From the NCBI RefSeq assembly GCF_003428155.1, contig NZ_QLIR01000011.1:30001-62000 (forward strand): 32,000 nt of DNA, written 5' to 3'. The notes under the pieces were generated by a model. The model had not been told where the DNA came from and did no database searches. It saw only the letters and a list, made by a program, of their open reading frames with translations. This DNA is from Fastidiosibacter lacustris (GTDB lineage: Bacteria > Pseudomonadota > Gammaproteobacteria > Francisellales > Francisellaceae). Numbering within the stretch: position 1 is the stretch's first letter; each line of letters opens with the position of its first letter. Below are positions 31,050 to 32,000 of this stretch, piece after piece. A program made the translations under genes and the position numbers.

Positions 31050-31699
31050 ATACGCTCCTTTAGTTTCTCAAATAACTGAACTTGGAAGGAACCATGCTCT
31101 TGCTGTATTCGGATTAAGAATAGTGTGAAAATCATAAAACCCATAAGGATATCAAAACTCATCCCAAGTTCGATTAGCCAAGGGAATCCTGTGCTTATCG
31201 CTGCGGCTAGAATAAAGATACTGTTTTCTAATACTAATAGACCCATTACTTGAGTGACAGTTTTTCTTCTAAAAGTAATGATTAATACAGCTACAAATGC
31301 ATTGGCAAGTCCAAGTGAAAATCCTGAAATGTAGCGATGAAGCATACTGTTGACCAACTGCTGTCCTAAAATTAATGCCAAGAGAATAAGCGCAGATGCT
31401 AGTAACAGTAGACTAGGCTTATTCAGTATTGGTTCAATACGTCCGGAAAGGTGTAAAAATTGAACTAATTTCCATAGTAAAAATGGTAAAAGAATAACTT
31501 TGATGCCAATGGTAATAATTAAAGAAATAAATACTTCCATGCTTGGTGCATAGATCGTTTCTGTGAGTATGTAACTACTTAAAAGCACATTCTGAATAAT
31601 TAAAAGTTTGATTACATTCGTAATGTAAGATTGGATTAACATTAAACTACTACATAGTAGCATTGAACTTATCAAAAAAAGCAACCAACTATGAATCAT
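31046..31699 (-). CDS. HyfE-like small membrane subunit (NuoK-related)
   Basis: 217 aa (E. coli HyfE is about 216 aa) and multi-TM. The membrane-embedded Glu block GLLVLENSIFILAAAI matches the recalled HyfE block GYCLMENGSHLVLALL. Its position between the NuoH-like and antiporter-like genes is as in hyf. Confidence 0.75.
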   Translation of the reverse strand: MIHSWLLFLISSMLLCSSLMLIQSYITNVIKLLIIQNVLLSSYILTETIYAPSMEVFISLIITIGIKVILLPFLLWKLVQFLHLSGRIEPILNKPSLLLLASALILLALILGQQLVNSMLHRYISGFSLGLANAFVAVLIITFRRKTVTQVMGLLVLENSIFILAAAISTGFPWLIELGMSFDILMGFMIFTLFLIRIQQEHGSFQVQLFEKLKERI

Positions 31700-32000
31700 G
31701 CTGTTGTTCCTATTAATTGTGTTAAAAGAATACCCAGAAAAGCAAGGAAAAGTGCTAAACCAAGGTACTCTGGTATTCTAAATATACGCACCTTAGTTTG
31801 TAGTGTTTCTGTAATTGCAAGTAGTGCCAATAATATAATAAGTTTGACTAAGGTTGTGATGAATCCAACTGTAATGGATAATAACGAAGTTTCTACCGCT
31901 AAACCAAAAGGAAAAAACAAATTGATAAAGATCAATAAAAATAATTCCAACTTTAACGCATTACTCCATTCTATAGCGGCTAAATATCTCCCTGAATATT
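31696..32000 (-). CDS. NuoH/HycD/HyfC-type membrane subunit, C-terminal part only (continues past window end)
   Basis: The minus-strand frame stays open from TGA 31696-31698 to base 32000 (..YSGRYLAAIEWSNALKLELFLLIFINLFFPFG...). The track's TTG start at 31950 is therefore internal. The (E)YSG-containing segment followed by TM helices is typical of the NuoH/HycD family. Confidence 0.7.
   Translation of the reverse strand, partial: YSGRYLAAIEWSNALKLELFLLIFINLFFPFGLAVETSLLSITVGFITTLVKLIILLALLAITETLQTKVRIFRIPEYLGLALFLAFLGILLTQLIGTTA

Overview
The window is AT-rich (about mid-30s % GC by eye) and densely coding. It looks like gammaproteobacterial chromosome, possibly Legionellales- or Thiotrichales-like, but I cannot assign the organism. 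I support 26 protein-coding genes, nearly all housekeeping. Reading left to right: an AAC(6')-like GNAT cut by the window edge, thrB-thrC, ubiD, fur, a small VOC-fold protein, pyrG, a YciI-like protein, purL, a CBS-pair protein with the ABC-F ATPase uup, fumC, dacB, folB with a linkerless folK-folP fusion, yadG-yadH-like ABC-2 transporter genes, glutamine-dependent nadE, an MFS transporter and pheS-pheT. I saw no rRNA, tRNA, CRISPR array, integrase, transposase or phage-like gene. The region worth attention is 27542-32000 on the minus strand. It holds a translationally coupled hyf/hyc-like (group-4 hydrogenase / complex-I-type) membrane module and runs off the window. Its large subunit has lost all four [NiFe]-ligating cysteines, while its NuoB-type small subunit keeps a full Cys4 set for a [4Fe-4S] cluster. 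The visible part has no NuoI/HyfH-type ferredoxin subunit, maturation gene or partner dehydrogenase gene. This matches the functionally unassigned 'energy-converting hydrogenase-related' (Ehr-type) class, not a true hydrogenase. Smaller observations cover the fol gene fusion, very short convergent gene ends, a hairpin before yadG, a Fur-box-like site at fur, and a long AT-rich spacer with a 10-codon ORF. All calls rest on motif recognition from memory and the ORF track. No searches were run.
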